Shown: positions 61,732 to 64,000 of the stretch, in pieces
How positions within the stretch are numbered: the first letter of the stretch is position 1
Layout: each line of letters starts with the position of its first letter
DNA from: the human T2T-CHM13v2.0 reference genome, Homo sapiens
NCBI RefSeq assembly: GCF_009914755.1
Contig: NC_060925.1
DNA length: 64,000 nucleotides
Reading direction: 5' to 3' (one strand)
The notes under the pieces: generated by a model
Seen by the model: only the letters and a program-made list of their open reading frames with translations
Databases searched by the model: none
What the model was told of the DNA's origin: nothing
Translations under genes and position numbers: made by a program

Positions 61732-63319
61732 TTTTTGGAGTTTTATTTAATGTCGGGAGCAGATTGGGTAATAAAATGTATATTGAGAATAAGACGGCCT
61801 TTAGACCTTTTAGGGTCCAGGGCTGTAAAGCGTTTCAGGGTTGCTGCCAAAGGAGCCATGAACTGGGCTGGATTTTTATATTTGATGAAAAAGAGCCTAA
61901 ACGCTATCTGATTTGGGATAAAGAAAAAGGAGCATTAACCTTGACTATGCCTTTAGCTCCAGCCACCTTTTTAAGAATAAATTGCTGGGCAGGTGGGGAA
62001 GGGCTAGTCAGGGAACGAAACTGTAAGCCAGACCAGGTGTGAGGAGGGGAGGTGATAAAAGGATTATAGGGTGGAGGAGCAGAGGCTGAGGAAGAATTGG
62101 GACCTAGCTTGGCCTGGCGAGGAGGGGAGAGGTCAGATGGGTCTGTAGAAAAGGAAGATTAGAAAGACTCAGCAACGCTTGGGGTTGGGACCGAGGGGAC
62201 AGGCAGGAGGGAAAGAAGGAAGATTTGGGATGAGTTGCACTGGGCACAGAGACTAGGAAGGGACTGATGTGTAAAAAATGCCTGGACGTCAGGCACCTCA
62301 GACCATTTGCCCATTTTACGACAAGAATTATTTAGATCTTGTAGGATGGAAAAATTGAAAGTGCCGTTTTCCGGCTATTTGGAACTACTGTCGAGTTTGT
62401 ATTGGGGTCAAGCGGCATTGCAGAAGAAAATAAGACACTTAGATTTTAGGTCAGGTGAGAGTTGAAGAGGTTTTAAGTTCTTAAGAATACAGGCTAAGAG
62501 AGAAGAAGGAGGAATGGAAGGTGGAAGCTTGCCCATAGTGAAGGAGGCAAGCCCAGAGAAAAGAGTAGAGACACGGAGAACGGATGGCGGGTTCTTGCCC
62601 TCCAGAAAAGCAGAGAAGGGGTTGGGGCACGGAAATAAGGGATTGGGGCACAGAGATAAGAGGTCAGGGTGCAGAAATAAGCGATTGGGGCACAAAGATA
62701 AGAGGTTGGGGTGTGGAAATAAGTGATTGGGGGGTTCTTGCCCCCTAGGAAAGTGGGACTTGCCACTAAGGGTGAAGGAGAAGGGGTTGAGGGGTACTTG
62801 CCCCTGCCCCAGAAAAGTGGGAGTTGCCACTAAGGGTGAAGGAGAAGGGGTTGGGGTACTTGCCCCTTCCTCAGAAAAGCGGGACTTGCCGCTAAGGGTG
62901 AAGGACCAAGGCAGGCGTCCCTGCGTGGTCTGACACCTTTGAAACTTGGGTGAATAATCAGAGAGGTGTCCCTGCAATGATTAAACACCAAGGGAAGGCT
63001 GCCTTCCCAGTCCGTGACTGGCGCCGGAGTTTTGGGTCCACAGATAAAACGTGTCTCCTTTGTCTCTACCAGAAAATGAAAGGAATTGAAATTAAGAGAA
63101 GGGAGAGATTGAAGTGTGACGCCAAGATTGAAAGGAGAAAGTGGTTGAGGGATAGTGAGGGAGGTTGGAGAAGAGTAAAAAGAGGCCGCTTACCAGATTT
63201 GAAATTGGTGAGATGTTTCTTGGGCTGGTCGGTCTGAGGACCTAATGTCGTAGGTGGATCTTTCTCACAGAGCAAAGAGCAGGAGGACGGGGGATTGATC
63301 TCCCAAGGGAGGTCCCCCG

Positions 63320-63337
63320 ATCCGAGTCACGGCACCA
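63320..63337 (-). other. Primer-binding site, tRNA-His
   Basis: TGGTGCCGTGACTCGGAT on the minus strand immediately after the 5' LTR. Confidence 0.93.
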
Positions 63338-63339
63338 AA

Positions 63340-63477
63340 TTTCATGCGCATCCGTGTGAAGAGACCACCAAACAGGCTTTGTGTGAGCAACATGGCTGTT
63401 TATTTCACCTGGGTGCAGGTGGGCTGAGTCCGAAAAGAGAGTCAGCAATGGCTTGGCTTGGGCTCAGAGGCCTGACA
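63340..63477 (-). mobile_element. HERV-H 5' LTR7 with ~320-bp U3 deletion (138 bp left)
   Basis: tgtcaggcctctgagcccaagccaagccattg joined directly to ctgactctcttttcggactcagccc...catgaaa; compare with the 458-bp 3' LTR. Confidence 0.93.
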
Positions 63478-64000
63478 CTTATAAGGACACAGTTTTGTTT
63501 ATACTATAAATAAAATAATTTTTAAAAAATACGTAGTTTTATTTATTGAAAATTTTTAAAATACAAGCATACAGATAATGTTTTCCCACAACACTCTGCT
63601 TTGAGTGAGGTTTCAATTACTTTAAAATAATATTTATTTTGCAATTTTGGACTCAGAAACCTCACACTGGGAGTTTCTTCAACCATACTGTTCTGCTGTT
63701 GATAACAGTTTTTTGTCTTGAAATTTTTAATTAGAATTCTAAATTTATATACTGGGCAGAAAATGTCTATCTGAAATATTCAAGAATACTTGCTTACTGT
63801 TCTGATATTACATGCATGTGTGAGGTATGGAAATGCAGAAGGAACAGGAGATAGTACATACAGCATAGTATCTATGTGGTGTATGAATCTCCCCATCAGA
63901 GCAATTTGATCACCATGAATCTTAAGTCTTTCACAGTATCAAGTGATCTGTAAAAGATCATTAGGAAAATTGATTTTCTTAGGCTATATTTTTAAAGTGA

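Larger units (their letters stand above)
58075..63477 (-). mobile_element. HERV-H provirus (common internally deleted, env-less type)
   Basis: LTR7 at both ends, 5-bp TSD cttat (58070-58074, 63478-63482), tRNA-His PBS, PPT aagaaggcaggaa (58533-58545), and gag/pro/pol remnants. Confidence 0.97.

Noticed and set aside
59840-62977. Coding-competent HERV-H
   Set aside because: gag is fragmented, the protease DTG is degenerate, the RT YxDD is deleted, and env is absent.

Overview
Primate (human-like) AT-rich, intergenic, repeat-dominated DNA with no intact protein-coding gene, rRNA, full tRNA or CRISPR array that I can support. It contains two decayed processed pseudogenes lying tail-to-tail (SLC4A1AP/kanadaptin on +, ~5.5-8.4 kb; NIF3L1 on -, ~13.0-14.3 kb), a solo LTR12C, a two-LTR THE1A MaLR element and a HERV-H provirus (58075-63477, -) whose 5' LTR has lost almost all of U3. 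There are also several L1s (two with 5' inversions), ten Alus and many older LTR, L2, MIR and MER relics. The most unusual structure is a 3-kb L1PA insertion (49095-52143) carrying, inside its own 14-bp target-site duplication, the 5' 41 nt of mature elongator tRNA-Met in the opposite orientation, i.e. an apparent two-template (L1 + tRNA) twin-priming chimera. Several fold-back inverted-duplication scars are also visible. All family, subfamily and parent-gene assignments come from recalled consensus or protein sequences, not from database searches, and boundaries of old repeats are approximate.
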